From Anaerolineae bacterium (lineage in GTDB: Bacteria > Chloroflexota > Anaerolineae > UBA1429), in the NCBI GenBank assembly GCA_040766725.1, contig JAXGPZ010000001.1:3231086-3295085 (forward strand): DNA of 64,000 nucleotides. Reading direction: 5' to 3'. Numbering within the stretch: the stretch's first letter is position 1; each line of letters begins with the position of its first letter. The position numbers were made by a program, and so were the translations under genes. This document shows, piece after piece, positions 17,515 to 27,152 of this stretch. The notes beneath the pieces were generated by a model that saw nothing but the letters and a program-made list of their open reading frames with translations, made no database searches and was not told where the DNA came from.

Positions 17515-19896
17515 ATGACCAAACGCCCCACGGCGCCCCGCTCGACCGGCGCCAGACGCACGTCCACGGCGCGCGGCAACGCGTCGCGTGGCGGCGCTTC
17601 ACGCGTCAGCGCGTCTAAATCTGGCCGTAGCCGCACAACTCGTCGTCGCACCACCAGGCGACCGCCTGCGCGCCTGACGCCGGCGCAGCGCAACTGGATC
17701 CTGGGCACGATGTTGTTGACCGTTGCGCTGGTCACTTTCATCAGCCTGCTCTCGGTCAACCTGGGCACCCTCACCGGCGCCTGGGTGCAGCAGCTGCGTC
17801 GTGCCCTGGGCCGAGGAGCATGGGGCGTGCCGGTGTCGTTGGCGGTGGCGGGGGTGTGGGTCATCACGCGGTCGACCGCCCATCCCGTTACGCTGCCGGC
17901 GCTGCGGGTCACGGGGGCGTTGCTTCTCTTTGGGAGCTATCTGGCGCTGGCGCACCACTTTGCCAACGACCCGGTGCGAGCCCTGACCACCGGAACCAGC
18001 GGGGGCCTGGCCGGCCGCTGGCTCAGCGAGTCGCTCGCGCGCGCCCTGGGTTGGTGGGGCGCGGTCATCCTGCTGCTCGTGTCGACGCTGGTCGGCCTCA
18101 TCCTGACCTTTGACATCGCCATGAGCGAGCTGTTGGCCGAAGGCGCAGCCTGGCTGCGCGAGGTCGATACGCGGGCACGTGAGCGACGCGCTCTGCGCGC
18201 AGCCCAAGAGCCTGACGAGCCCCGACAGCGCGCGCCTGTTATCGGCGCCTCGTCGGAGCCAAAGGTCTCGGGCGCGCCCGTGCGGCTGCCCGATGAGGTG
18301 GTCACGCGCGAGCCGCCACGGCTGCCGGCCCAGCAGCGGGCGCCAGAAGTGGAAGAGGACATCGCTCCCGAGTTCGCCCTGGCCGCCAGCGGGCGCCGCT
18401 GGGCGTTGCCCGACATCACCGCGTTCCTGGGTGAGACGCAAGAAGTGCAGATGAGCCTGGCCGACATCCGCGAAAAGACGGCCATCATCGAAGAGACCCT
18501 CAACAGCCTGGGCGTGCCCGTCACAGTGGTCGAGGTGAACCCCGGGCCGGTGGTCACCCAGTTCGGGCTAGAGCCAGGCTATGTGGAACAGCGCGACCGC
18601 CAGGGGCGGGTGCGTCAGGCCAAGGTCAAGGTCAGCCGCATCGCCACTTTGTCGAACGACCTGGCGCTGGCGCTGGCTGCTTCGCCGATCCGCATCGAGG
18701 CGCCTGTGCCCGGCAAAGGCATCGTCGGCATCGAGGTGCCCAACCGCGAGAGCGCCATTGTGGGCCTGCGCGGCGTGATGGAGTCGGAGCAGTTTCGCAA
18801 GGTCGCCAGTTCGCATCTGGCGGTCTGCCTGGGGCGCGATGTCTCGGGGCAGGCGGTGGTGGCCGATCTGGGTCGCCTGCCACACCTGCTGATCGCCGGC
18901 GCCACCGGCACGGGCAAGAGCGTGTGCATCAACTCACTGGTGACCTGCCTGCTGAGCCGCAACACGCCCGACGACCTGCGGCTGCTGATGATCGACCCCA
19001 AGCGCGTCGAGCTGTCGAACTTTAACGGCATACCCCACCTGCTGGGGCCGGTGGTGGTCGAGCCGCAGCGCGCCGCGGCGGTGCTGCGCTATGTGTCGCG
19101 TGAGATGGATCGTCGCTACAAGGTGTTTGCCAGGGCCGGAGCGCGTAACATCCAGGTCTACAACCGCCAGGCCATTGAGCAGGGCGAAGCCAAGATGCCC
19201 TACATCGTCGTGTTCATCGACGAGTTGGCCGACCTGATGATGATCGCCTCAGAAGAGGTGGAAAAGCAGGTTTGCCGCATCGCACAATTGGCGCGCGCCA
19301 CCGGCATCCACCTGGTCATTGCCACGCAGCGTCCTTCGGTCGACGTGGTCACCGGCCTGATCAAAGCCAACTTTCCTGCGCGCGTGGCCTTTGCCGTCAC
19401 CTCGCTGGTCGACTCGCGCGTGATCATCGACGCCCCTGGCGCCGACAAGCTACTGGGGCGCGGCGACAGCCTGTACATGCCGCCCGATTCGCCCAAGCTC
19501 GAGCGCGTGCAGGGCTGTTGGGTGTCAGACAGCGAGATCAACAGCCTGGTTGGTTTCTGGCGGGCGCAAACGGGCGTTGCCGATGAGACGCCCGTGCTGG
19601 CCGAGTCTGCAACGGCCGAGCCGGTGCACGTGCAGCAACCGCCGCTGTGGCCCGCTGAGGAGCCCGAAGAGGAGAGTGGCGGCGAGGACCCGCTGCTGCA
19701 AGAGGCCATCGAGATTGTGGCGCGCGAGGGCAAGGCCTCGGTGTCGTACCTGCAGCGCCGGCTGCGCATCGGCTATACGCGTGCGGCGCGCCTGGTCGAC
19801 GCCATGGAAGATCGCAACATCGTGGGGCCGCCGACCGGCTCGAGCAAGCCGCGCGACGTTTATGTCAAGCCAAAAGACATTACAAGACAGGATTGA
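17515..19896 (+). CDS. ftsK: DNA translocase FtsK/SpoIIIE
   Basis: N-terminal TM domain, PHLLIAGATGTGKS, IDELADLMM, ATQRPSVDV, gamma domain LQRRLRIGYTRAARLVD. Confidence 0.95.
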   Translation: MTKRPTAPRSTGARRTSTARGNASRGGASRVSASKSGRSRTTRRRTTRRPPARLTPAQRNWILGTMLLTVALVTFISLLSVNLGTLTGAWVQQLRRALGRGAWGVPVSLAVAGVWVITRSTAHPVTLPALRVTGALLLFGSYLALAHHFANDPVRALTTGTSGGLAGRWLSESLARALGWWGAVILLLVSTLVGLILTFDIAMSELLAEGAAWLREVDTRARERRALRAAQEPDEPRQRAPVIGASSEPKVSGAPVRLPDEVVTREPPRLPAQQRAPEVEEDIAPEFALAASGRRWALPDITAFLGETQEVQMSLADIREKTAIIEETLNSLGVPVTVVEVNPGPVVTQFGLEPGYVEQRDRQGRVRQAKVKVSRIATLSNDLALALAASPIRIEAPVPGKGIVGIEVPNRESAIVGLRGVMESEQFRKVASSHLAVCLGRDVSGQAVVADLGRLPHLLIAGATGTGKSVCINSLVTCLLSRNTPDDLRLLMIDPKRVELSNFNGIPHLLGPVVVEPQRAAAVLRYVSREMDRRYKVFARAGARNIQVYNRQAIEQGEAKMPYIVVFIDELADLMMIASEEVEKQVCRIAQLARATGIHLVIATQRPSVDVVTGLIKANFPARVAFAVTSLVDSRVIIDAPGADKLLGRGDSLYMPPDSPKLERVQGCWVSDSEINSLVGFWRAQTGVADETPVLAESATAEPVHVQQPPLWPAEEPEEESGGEDPLLQEAIEIVAREGKASVSYLQRRLRIGYTRAARLVDAMEDRNIVGPPTGSSKPRDVYVKPKDITRQD

Positions 19897-19915
19897 ACCA
19901 TAGATAAGGAGCGTT

Positions 19916-21301
19916 ATGCCAGCCAGCGCCATGCCAGTTGAGGCACTGATCGCCATCGTCGGCCCAGATAGTGTCTCGGTGCGCGAAAGCGACCTCGAGG
20001 CGCACTCGATCGACGAGTCGCATATTGCGCCGCACCGCCCCGATGTGGTGGTGTGGCCTTCGAGCACCGAGCAAGTGGCCGCCATTGTGCGACTGGCCAA
20101 CGAGCACGAGATCCCGGTGGTGCCCTGGAGCGGCGGCTCGAGCCTCGAGGGCAACCCGGTGCCGGTGCGTGGCGGCATTCTGCTGGCGATGTACCGCATG
20201 GACCGCATCCTCGAGATTCGCGAGAACGACCTGCAGGTGGTGGTGCAACCGGGCATCGTCTATGACGCCCTCAATGCCAAGCTACGCCGGCTGGGCCTGT
20301 TCTTTCCGCCGGCACCGGGCAGCGCCGCCGTCGCCACCATCGGCGGCATGGTGTCCAACAACTCGAGCGGCATGCGCGCCGTGCGGTACGGCGTCACGCG
20401 CAACTATGTGCTCAAGCTCAAGGTGGTGCTCCCCAGCGGCGACGTGATCGACGTGGGCAGCGCCGCCAAAAAGAGCACCAGCGGATATGACCTGGTGGGC
20501 CTGTTCATCGGCTCTGAGGGCACCCTGGGCGTGGTCACCGAGATCACCCTGCGCCTGCTGGGCCTGCCCGAGGCGACGGCCTCGGTGGTCGCCGGCTTTG
20601 GCAGCCTGCGCGACGCCACCCAGGCTGTGTATGAGAGCGTGCGCTATGGCCTCGAGCCCTCGGCTCTCGAGATCCTCGACGCCAACACGGTGCGGGCCTC
20701 GAACCGGCAGCACAACCTGGGGCTGCGCGAAACGCCCACGCTGTTCGTCGAGTTCCATGGGCCCAGGTCGGGCGTCGAGGACCAGCTCGCCTATCTCAGG
20801 CAGATCTGCGATGACAACCATTGTGAGGGGTACGACGTCTCGTTCGATGCCGAAAAGCGCGAAGAGCTGTGGCGGGCGCGCAGCGAGGCCCGTGACTCGA
20901 TCAAGTTCGCGCATCCGGGCAAGGCGATGATCTCGGGCGACGTGTGCGTGCCCATCTCGCGCTTTGGCGAGGTGGTCGAGTATACGCAAGAGGTGAGCGC
21001 CGAGATCGGACTGCCGATCTATGCCTTTGGGCATGCTGGCGATGGCAACATCCACACCGAGGTGATCGCCGACCGCGGCGTGCCCGGCGAGCTGGAGCGG
21101 GCTGTGGCGGGCAGCGATGCGGTGGTGCGGCGTTCGCTCGAGGTGGGCGGCACCATCGCCGGCGAGCACGGCATCGGCGTGGCCAAGGCCGAGTTCATGG
21201 CCGCTGAGCACGGCCCGGCGCTGGCGTTGATGCGCCAGATCAAGGCCCTGATCGATCCCAAGAACATCATGAACCCGGGCAAGATCTTTTTGCCGGCATG
21301 A
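19916..21301 (+). CDS. FAD-linked oxidase (GlcD / D-2-hydroxyacid dehydrogenase family)
   Basis: GGSSLEG, TIGGM, GSEGTLGVVTE, HAGDGNIH, GEHGIG, NIMNPGK. Confidence 0.88.
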   Translation: MPASAMPVEALIAIVGPDSVSVRESDLEAHSIDESHIAPHRPDVVVWPSSTEQVAAIVRLANEHEIPVVPWSGGSSLEGNPVPVRGGILLAMYRMDRILEIRENDLQVVVQPGIVYDALNAKLRRLGLFFPPAPGSAAVATIGGMVSNNSSGMRAVRYGVTRNYVLKLKVVLPSGDVIDVGSAAKKSTSGYDLVGLFIGSEGTLGVVTEITLRLLGLPEATASVVAGFGSLRDATQAVYESVRYGLEPSALEILDANTVRASNRQHNLGLRETPTLFVEFHGPRSGVEDQLAYLRQICDDNHCEGYDVSFDAEKREELWRARSEARDSIKFAHPGKAMISGDVCVPISRFGEVVEYTQEVSAEIGLPIYAFGHAGDGNIHTEVIADRGVPGELERAVAGSDAVVRRSLEVGGTIAGEHGIGVAKAEFMAAEHGPALALMRQIKALIDPKNIMNPGKIFLPA

Positions 21302-22077
21302 TGGAGCTGCTGGCCAAAGGCGCCGCCCAGCTCGGGTTTGCGCTCGACAGCAGCCACCTGGCGCAGTTCGAGCGCTACTATCGCGAACTGGTGACCTGGA
21401 ACCGGCGGTTCAACCTCACCGCTGTCACCGCCTACGATGAGGTGCAGCGGCGCCACTTTGTCGATTCACTGACCTGCATGCTGGCCATGCCCAGTGGCCA
21501 GGGCGGCGATGTGCCCAACCATCTGCCGTTGCAGCGCACAGGGCAGCCGCTGCGCTGCGCCGATGTGGGCAGCGGCGCCGGCTTTCCGGGCATCCCGCTC
21601 GCCATCTTGCTGAACGACGCCCCGTTTGTGCTGATCGAATCGATCCAGAAAAAGGCCGGCTTTCTCGAGCACATCGTGCGCACGCTGGGGCTGGGCAACG
21701 TGACGGTGGTGTGCGCGCGCGCTGAGGATGTGGGCCGTTCGCCCGAGCACCGTGAGCACCATGACGTGGTGCTGGCGCGAGCGGTGTCGGCCTGCAGCAC
21801 GCTCGCCGAGTACTGCCTGCCGCTGTGCCGCCTGGGCGGCCGCATGATCGCCCCCAAGGGGCGCGAGGTGGCCGCCGAGCTCGACGAAGCAGCCTATGCC
21901 ATCGAGGTGCTGGGCGGGCGCCTGCTGTGCAACAAGCCGATCGCCATTGCCGACGAAGAGGAGCGCCGCCTGGTGGTCATCGAGAAGGTGGCGCACACGC
22001 CCGAAAGGTATCCTCGCAACGCGGGCATTCCAGCCAAGCGTCCGCTGCAGGCGCCGAAGGCCGCTACAACGGACTGA
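21298..22077 (+). CDS. rsmG: 16S rRNA m7G527 methyltransferase
   Basis: WNRRFNLTA, HFVDSL, DVGSGAGFPGIPL, RAE, ARAV. Confidence 0.93.
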   Translation: MMELLAKGAAQLGFALDSSHLAQFERYYRELVTWNRRFNLTAVTAYDEVQRRHFVDSLTCMLAMPSGQGGDVPNHLPLQRTGQPLRCADVGSGAGFPGIPLAILLNDAPFVLIESIQKKAGFLEHIVRTLGLGNVTVVCARAEDVGRSPEHREHHDVVLARAVSACSTLAEYCLPLCRLGGRMIAPKGREVAAELDEAAYAIEVLGGRLLCNKPIAIADEEERRLVVIEKVAHTPERYPRNAGIPAKRPLQAPKAATTD

Positions 22078-23242
22078 CCGTGCCGCCCTCGACATGCCAG
22101 ATCTGCCCACGCTCGCGAAAGGCCGGCGGCAGGTGGTGCAGGTCAGTGGTGGTCAGCAGCACCTGCTCGGCCCGGTCCAGCGCCTCGACGAGGCAATCGC
22201 TGCGCAGGCGATCCAGCTCTGAGACGACATCGTCGAGCAGTAACACCGGCGGCTCGCCCACACGGGCCGCCATCAGCTCCACCTCGGCCAGCTTGAGCGC
22301 CAACGCCACGGTGCGCTGTTGCCCGCGCGAGCCATAGATGGTGACGTCGTGGCCGTTGATCTCAAAGCGCAGGTCGTCGCGATGCGGCCCCACCTGGGTG
22401 ACACCGCGGCCGCGATCATCGCGCAGGCTGCGTTTGAGGGCCTGGGCGAGCACATCCTTCTGAGCCTCGGCCGTCGTGTCGTGCGAGGTCGCGACGCCCA
22501 TGGCCACTGCAGCCGCCGAGCTCTCGTAACGTAGCGCCAACGCCTCGCGGCCCGCCGTAAGCTGCCGTTGATAGCTGGCCGCGTGCTCGGCCAGGGCCAC
22601 GCAAGCCTCGTGCCGACGGCTCAACACCACCGCGCCCAGCGTGGACAGTTGCTCATCCCAATAGGGCAGTTCGGCCTGCCCCACTGTGCCCTCGCGCATC
22701 TGTTTGAGCAGGGCGTTGCGCTGGGCCAGCACACGGTTGTAGCGAGACAACGTGCGGCAGTAGACCGGGTCGATCTGGCAGAGGAGTACGTCGAGGTAGC
22801 GCCGTCGGCCGCCCGGGGCGCCGCCCACCAGATCGATATCTTCCGGCAAAAACAGCACCACGTTGAGCTGCCCGACGACATCGATGGCCCGCCGCACCGC
22901 GCCGTCCAGCTTGATCTGCCGGCGAAACACCGACTCGCCATCGCCATTGGGGGCCGGCTCCTTGACCAGCGTCACCTCGAGGGTGCGCTCTTGCTGGCGC
23001 CGCACAAAGCGCCCCACCACATAACTGTGAGGCAACACATCCTCGTCGGCCTCCCAACGCATCAGTTCGCGGTCGAGGCTGGCCAGCGGGCTTTTGGTGG
23101 TGGCGAGATAGTAGATGGCCTCGAGCAGATTGGTCTTGCCCTGCGCGTTCTCGCCCTGGAACAGATGGATGCGCGCCGGGAGTTCGAGCTCCAGGCGCGC
23201 ATAGTTGCGAAACTCTGTCAGCGACAGATGGCTGACGTACAT
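22064..23242 (-). CDS. recF: DNA replication/repair protein RecF
   Basis: FRNY, GENAQGKTNLLEAIY, GPHRDDL, GSRGQQR, LLDDVVSELD. Confidence 0.95.
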   Translation of the reverse strand: MYVSHLSLTEFRNYARLELELPARIHLFQGENAQGKTNLLEAIYYLATTKSPLASLDRELMRWEADEDVLPHSYVVGRFVRRQQERTLEVTLVKEPAPNGDGESVFRRQIKLDGAVRRAIDVVGQLNVVLFLPEDIDLVGGAPGGRRRYLDVLLCQIDPVYCRTLSRYNRVLAQRNALLKQMREGTVGQAELPYWDEQLSTLGAVVLSRRHEACVALAEHAASYQRQLTAGREALALRYESSAAAVAMGVATSHDTTAEAQKDVLAQALKRSLRDDRGRGVTQVGPHRDDLRFEINGHDVTIYGSRGQQRTVALALKLAEVELMAARVGEPPVLLLDDVVSELDRLRSDCLVEALDRAEQVLLTTTDLHHLPPAFRERGQIWHVEGGTVSPL

Positions 23243-23248
23243 GCCACC

Positions 23249-24379
23249 TCAGCGAGCGATGTGCATCGGCATGACGATATGCACGAAATCGGGATCGCCC
23301 ACCGGTTTGAGCACGCCCGGGCTCGAGGGATCGCGCGTCTCGAGCTGCACCTGCGCCGAGGTGATCACGTTGAGGGCGTCGACGAGATAGCGCGCGTTGA
23401 AGGCGATCTCGATGGGCGCGCCCTCGACCTGCACATCCAGCCCGCTAACGTTGTCGCCCTGCTCCGACGAGGTGGCCGACAAGATCATCTGGCTGCTGGC
23501 GCCATCGCCTCCAGGGACGATGTTCAGCCGCGCGATGTTGGCCGCATCGCGGGCAAAGATGGCCGCCATGCGCGCCGCCTGCAGGAATTCGGCAGTGTTG
23601 ACGATCGTCTTGGTGTTCGAGGTGGTCGGGATGATCTGTCGATAGTTGGGGAAGGTGCCCTCGATGAGCTGCGACACGAGGTCGATGTCGTCAAAGTGGA
23701 AGAACACCTGACTATGGTTGGGCGCCACCCGCATCTCGATGGTGTCACCCTCGGTGCTGATGCGCCGCAGTTCTTGCAGGGCGCGCGCGGGGATGATGAT
23801 GTTGATCGGGTTGGCGGGCCCCTGCCTGAGCGGCGCGCTGGCCACCGAGAGCCGGTAACTGTCGGCGGCGGCAAATGTCAGGCGATCGGTGGCGAGCTCG
23901 GCGAGCACGCCGGTGAGCACGGGGCGGCTCTCATCGGTGGCAGCGGCAAAGGCGACTCGATCGATCACCACGCGCAAGTCGTCGGCATCGCAGATGATGT
24001 TGCCATCCTCATCGGGCATGCCCACCGCAGGAAAGTCCTGCGCGTCGATGCCGCGGATGTTGGCCTCGAACCGTCCGCACTTGAGGTTGAGCGTCTGCGT
24101 GCGGGCGATGAGCTCCAGGTCGATGCGCTCGGCCGGCAGGGAGTTGACGAAATCCTGCAGCAACCGGGCGGGGATGGTGATAGCGCCTTCCTGTTCGACC
24201 TTGGCGCCCACCCGGCAATTGATGCCGATCTCGAGGTTGGTGGCCGAGAGCTTGAGCCGGCCCTCATCGGTGGCCAGCATGATGTTGCCGAGCACCGGCA
24301 AGGTGCTGCGCGCGGCCACCGCGCGCCCGACGACCGCCAGCCCCCTGGCGAGGTTTTCTTGCAGACATGATACCTTCAT
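23249..24379 (-). CDS. dnaN: DNA polymerase III beta clamp
   Basis: LSATNLEIGI, RPVLTGV, AADSYRL, LIEGTFPNY, IAFNARYL, VMPMH. Confidence 0.96.
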   Translation of the reverse strand: MKVSCLQENLARGLAVVGRAVAARSTLPVLGNIMLATDEGRLKLSATNLEIGINCRVGAKVEQEGAITIPARLLQDFVNSLPAERIDLELIARTQTLNLKCGRFEANIRGIDAQDFPAVGMPDEDGNIICDADDLRVVIDRVAFAAATDESRPVLTGVLAELATDRLTFAAADSYRLSVASAPLRQGPANPINIIIPARALQELRRISTEGDTIEMRVAPNHSQVFFHFDDIDLVSQLIEGTFPNYRQIIPTTSNTKTIVNTAEFLQAARMAAIFARDAANIARLNIVPGGDGASSQMILSATSSEQGDNVSGLDVQVEGAPIEIAFNARYLVDALNVITSAQVQLETRDPSSPGVLKPVGDPDFVHIVMPMHIAR

Positions 24380-24474
24380 CGCACCCTCCCATATCGATGA
24401 ATCGTGCCAAGTATAGGGTCAGGCCAGAGCGGCGTCAAAGGGCACGTGGCGCCGACCGGCCAGCACCCTCGTAG

Positions 24475-25356
24475 TCAGCCCTTGAACGAATAGACGCCGT
24501 TGATCAGCGGCCAGAGCCGCCCGCAAGAGGTGCACCGCGCCCCCTCGGCCACCAGCGCCAGGGGCTGCGCGCCACAGTCTGGGCAGCGAAATAGCCCCGA
24601 GCGTGGCGGCAGCGTCGGCGGCGGCGTGCCGGGCTTGCGGCTGGCCACAAACACGCTGGGGGCCAGATAGGCGCGCGCCAGCAGCCGTTGCTGCGCCGCA
24701 TCGAGGGCGGCCAGCGTGCGCGCCGGCACATGCCGCTTGAGCCAGCCAGAGCGCAACAGTGAGACCGAACGCCGCGCCACCACCGTCAACCCCTGCGCCT
24801 CGAGGTGCTCGCACACCCAGCGAGGATGAAAATCATAGTGCAGGTTGGCGAACTGCAGCGGCTTGGGCGTGAATGGATTGCCGCCGCGGCCCAGCATCCA
24901 GCGCATGATGTTCTTGAGGTGGCGCTTGTTGGCGAACTCGAGCACAAAGGCGCCGTCGGGGGCCAGCACGCGAGCCAGATGCACCAAGGCGGCCGGCACG
25001 TCTTCGAGGTGGTGCAACACGCGCACCATCACCACGGCATCGGCCACGGCATCGGCCAGCGGCAGCCGGTAGATGTCGGCGGCGACATAAACAAAGCGCT
25101 CGGCGCCGAGCTGCTGACGCGCATACTCGAGCTGCGACTGAGAATAGTCCAGCAGCACCACCTCATCATAGCCCTGGTAGAGGCCCGCCAGCCGTCCAAA
25201 CCCAGCGCCCACATCGACGACGCGCCGCCCGCGTGGCGGCAGCATGGCGCCGATGGCAACCCGCTCGGCCAGGTCTTCATACTCGCGGCCCCGGCCCTCC
25301 CAAAAGTCGGTGCGATAGGTGCTGCCTTCATAGTCACAGATGCGCGGCTCGGGCAA
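24475..25356 (-). CDS. Class I SAM-dependent methyltransferase with a C-terminal Trm112-like Zn ribbon
   Basis: VDVGAGFGRL motif I; C-terminal CPDC...CTSC.R.WP...G. TTG start at 25356 preferred (SD GGAGG). Confidence 0.75.
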   Translation of the reverse strand: MPEPRICDYEGSTYRTDFWEGRGREYEDLAERVAIGAMLPPRGRRVVDVGAGFGRLAGLYQGYDEVVLLDYSQSQLEYARQQLGAERFVYVAADIYRLPLADAVADAVVMVRVLHHLEDVPAALVHLARVLAPDGAFVLEFANKRHLKNIMRWMLGRGGNPFTPKPLQFANLHYDFHPRWVCEHLEAQGLTVVARRSVSLLRSGWLKRHVPARTLAALDAAQQRLLARAYLAPSVFVASRKPGTPPPTLPPRSGLFRCPDCGAQPLALVAEGARCTSCGRLWPLINGVYSFKG

Positions 25357-25372
25357 GGGTTCCTCCCGGGAT

Positions 25373-25388
25373 TGTTTCACGTGAAACA
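25373..25388. other. parS: parS centromere-like site
   Basis: Perfect TGTTTCACGTGAAACA (palindrome extends to 20 bp, 25371-25390); intergenic, near dnaN/recF/rsmG. Confidence 0.88.
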
Positions 25389-25468
25389 ATGATTATGTCA
25401 AGTGCTGCATCTCTGGCGCCAGCCGATGATAGCGTCGCCTGAGACTACCGTCAAAGTGCCGCCGGCGG

Positions 25469-25497
25469 TTGACAACGCAAGGCGAGCGTGCTATTGT
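25469..25497 (+). promoter_or_regulatory. Promoter of the aro leader/operon
   Basis: TTGACA-N17-TATTGT with extended TG. Confidence 0.65.
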
Positions 25498-25515
25498 TGC
25501 CTGCAAGGAGATGAA

Positions 25516-25668
25516 ATGCGACGGCTGAACGTAGAGCACCGCCACCATTTCAGCCCCGGCCTTTGGGCCTGGGGCCACCGGCGTGTGCGCCAGCAGCAGT
25601 TCATCTTTGACGGCTACTATTATCCTGTCACGTTCAGGCAACCCTGCGCTGCACGGGACCGACGGTAG
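25516..25668 (+). CDS. Putative attenuation leader peptide (50 aa; WAW, FIF, YYY)
   Basis: SD AAGGAG 5 nt before ATG; [50 protein letters not shown]. Confidence 0.75.
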   Translation: MRRLNVEHRHHFSPGLWAWGHRRVRQQQFIFDGYYYPVTFRQPCAARDRR

Positions 25669-25691
25669 CCAACCAGCAACCAACCGACAGC

Positions 25692-25728
25692 AAGAGCGTG
25701 AGGCGCAGGCCCCACGCTCTTTTTTGTT
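25692..25728 (+). terminator. Attenuator terminator upstream of aroH
   Basis: AAGAGCGTG-A-GGC-gcag-GCC-C-CACGCTCTT followed by TTTTGTT. Confidence 0.8.
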
Positions 25729-25743
25729 CCCAAGGAGGAGATC

Positions 25744-26130
25744 ATGGCCCTACGCGGCATCCGAGGCGCCACCACCGTGGCCGAGAACAGCGCCGACGCG
25801 ATCATCGCCGCCACTGCCGAGCTCTTGCGCGCCCTCGTCGGGGCCAATGGCCTGGCCCCCGAGGACCTGGCCTGCGTCACTTTTACGGTGACGCCCGACC
25901 TGGACGCCGCCTTTCCGGCGCGTGCAGCGCGCGAACTCGGCTGGCAGCAGGTGCCCCTGCTCGACGCTTGCGAGATCCCCGTGCCCGGCAGCCTGCCACG
26001 CTGCATCAGGGCGCTGCTGCTCTGGAACACCCCCACCCCCCAGAACGAGATCGTGCACGTCTACCTGCGCGATGCGCAGGTGCTACGGCCCGACCTCGCC
26101 ACCGGCCCGCACAAGGAGCCACGATCATGA
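25744..26130 (+). CDS. aroH: Chorismate mutase, AroH class
   Basis: [44 protein letters not shown]. Confidence 0.95.
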   Translation: MALRGIRGATTVAENSADAIIAATAELLRALVGANGLAPEDLACVTFTVTPDLDAAFPARAARELGWQQVPLLDACEIPVPGSLPRCIRALLLWNTPTPQNEIVHVYLRDAQVLRPDLATGPHKEPRS

Positions 26131-27143
26131 TCATTGTGATGAAGCAGGGTGCAGCGCCTGACCAGTTGCAGGCCGTCATCGGCCGCATCAGCGAGCTCGG
26201 CTTTCGCTCGCATGTGTCGCAGGGCGCCGAGACGACCATCGTCGGCGTCATCGGCGACGAACGCCGCGTGAGTGAGAACGTCTTTCGGATGATGCCCGGC
26301 GTCGACACCGTCGTGCGAGTGCTCAAGCCATACAAGCTTGCCAGCCGCGAGTTCCAGCCCGAGGACACTGTCGTGCCCATCAACGGCATCTGCCTGGGCG
26401 CGCGCAGCGTGGCGATCATCGCCGGGCCGTGCGCTGTCGAGAGCCGCGAGCAGATCATCGAGTCAGCCTGGGCCGTCAAAGAGGCGGGCGGGCGCATCTT
26501 TCGCGCCGGCGCCTTCAAGCCGCGCACCTCACCCTACAGCTTTCAGGGCCTGGGCCTCGAGGGGCTTGCGCTGCTGGCCGAGGTGCGCGAGCTGACCGGC
26601 CTGGCGATCATCACCGAGGTGATGGCCCCCGAGCAGGTGCCCGACGTAGCCGCTGCCGCCGACATCCTGCAGATAGGCACGCGCAACATGCAGAACTATA
26701 ATCTGCTGCATGCCGTGGGCGCCAGCCTCAAACCGGCGCTGCTGAAACGCGGCATGATGTCGACCATGGAAGAGCTGCTGATGTCGGCCGAGTACATCCT
26801 GTCGCACGACAACCCCAACGTCATGCTGTGCGAGCGCGGCATCCGCACCTTTGAGCGCTACACGCGCAACACGCTGGATATCAGCGCCGTGCCGGTGCTC
26901 AAAGAGCTGACCCATCTGCCGGTGCTGATCGACCCCAGCCACGCCTGCGGCAAAGCCGGTTGGGTCAACGCCCTGGCGCGCGCAGCAGTTGCGGCCGGCG
27001 CCGATGGGTTGCTCGTCGAGGCCCACCCACACCCCGAGCTGGCGCTATCCGACGGCCCGCAATCCCTCACGCCCGAGCAGTTGAGCGACCTGGTGCGCGA
27101 TGTGCGTCAGATCGCCGCGGCCGTGGGCCGCGACGTGATCTAG
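26127..27143 (+). CDS. aroF: DAHP synthase type I-beta with N-terminal ferredoxin-like regulatory domain
   Basis: [36 protein letters not shown]; ATGA overlap with aroH. Confidence 0.95.
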   Translation: MIIVMKQGAAPDQLQAVIGRISELGFRSHVSQGAETTIVGVIGDERRVSENVFRMMPGVDTVVRVLKPYKLASREFQPEDTVVPINGICLGARSVAIIAGPCAVESREQIIESAWAVKEAGGRIFRAGAFKPRTSPYSFQGLGLEGLALLAEVRELTGLAIITEVMAPEQVPDVAAAADILQIGTRNMQNYNLLHAVGASLKPALLKRGMMSTMEELLMSAEYILSHDNPNVMLCERGIRTFERYTRNTLDISAVPVLKELTHLPVLIDPSHACGKAGWVNALARAAVAAGADGLLVEAHPHPELALSDGPQSLTPEQLSDLVRDVRQIAAAVGRDVI

Positions 27144-27152
27144 GCGGGCGCC

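Noticed and set aside
22568-24370. 600-aa antisense ORF, and similar long shadow ORFs (7173-8798, 31248-32852, 42766-44088, 47115-48770)
   Set aside because: They overlap well-supported genes, have no family motifs, and are expected in GC-rich DNA.
25357-25389. ATG start MFHVKQ for the methyltransferase
   Set aside because: It translates the parS palindrome; TTG 25356 has a proper SD.
25370-25470. oriC
   Set aside because: No TTATCCACA-type DnaA boxes or extended AT-rich unwinding element seen; dnaA is absent from the window.
25511-25528. Mini-ORF MKCDG*
   Set aside because: Its ATG abuts the SD with zero spacing; the ATG at 25516 is optimally spaced.
25500-25740. T-box riboswitch upstream of aroH
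   Set aside because: No GGTGGNACCGCG T-box sequence or stem I motifs; the leader-peptide model fits better.
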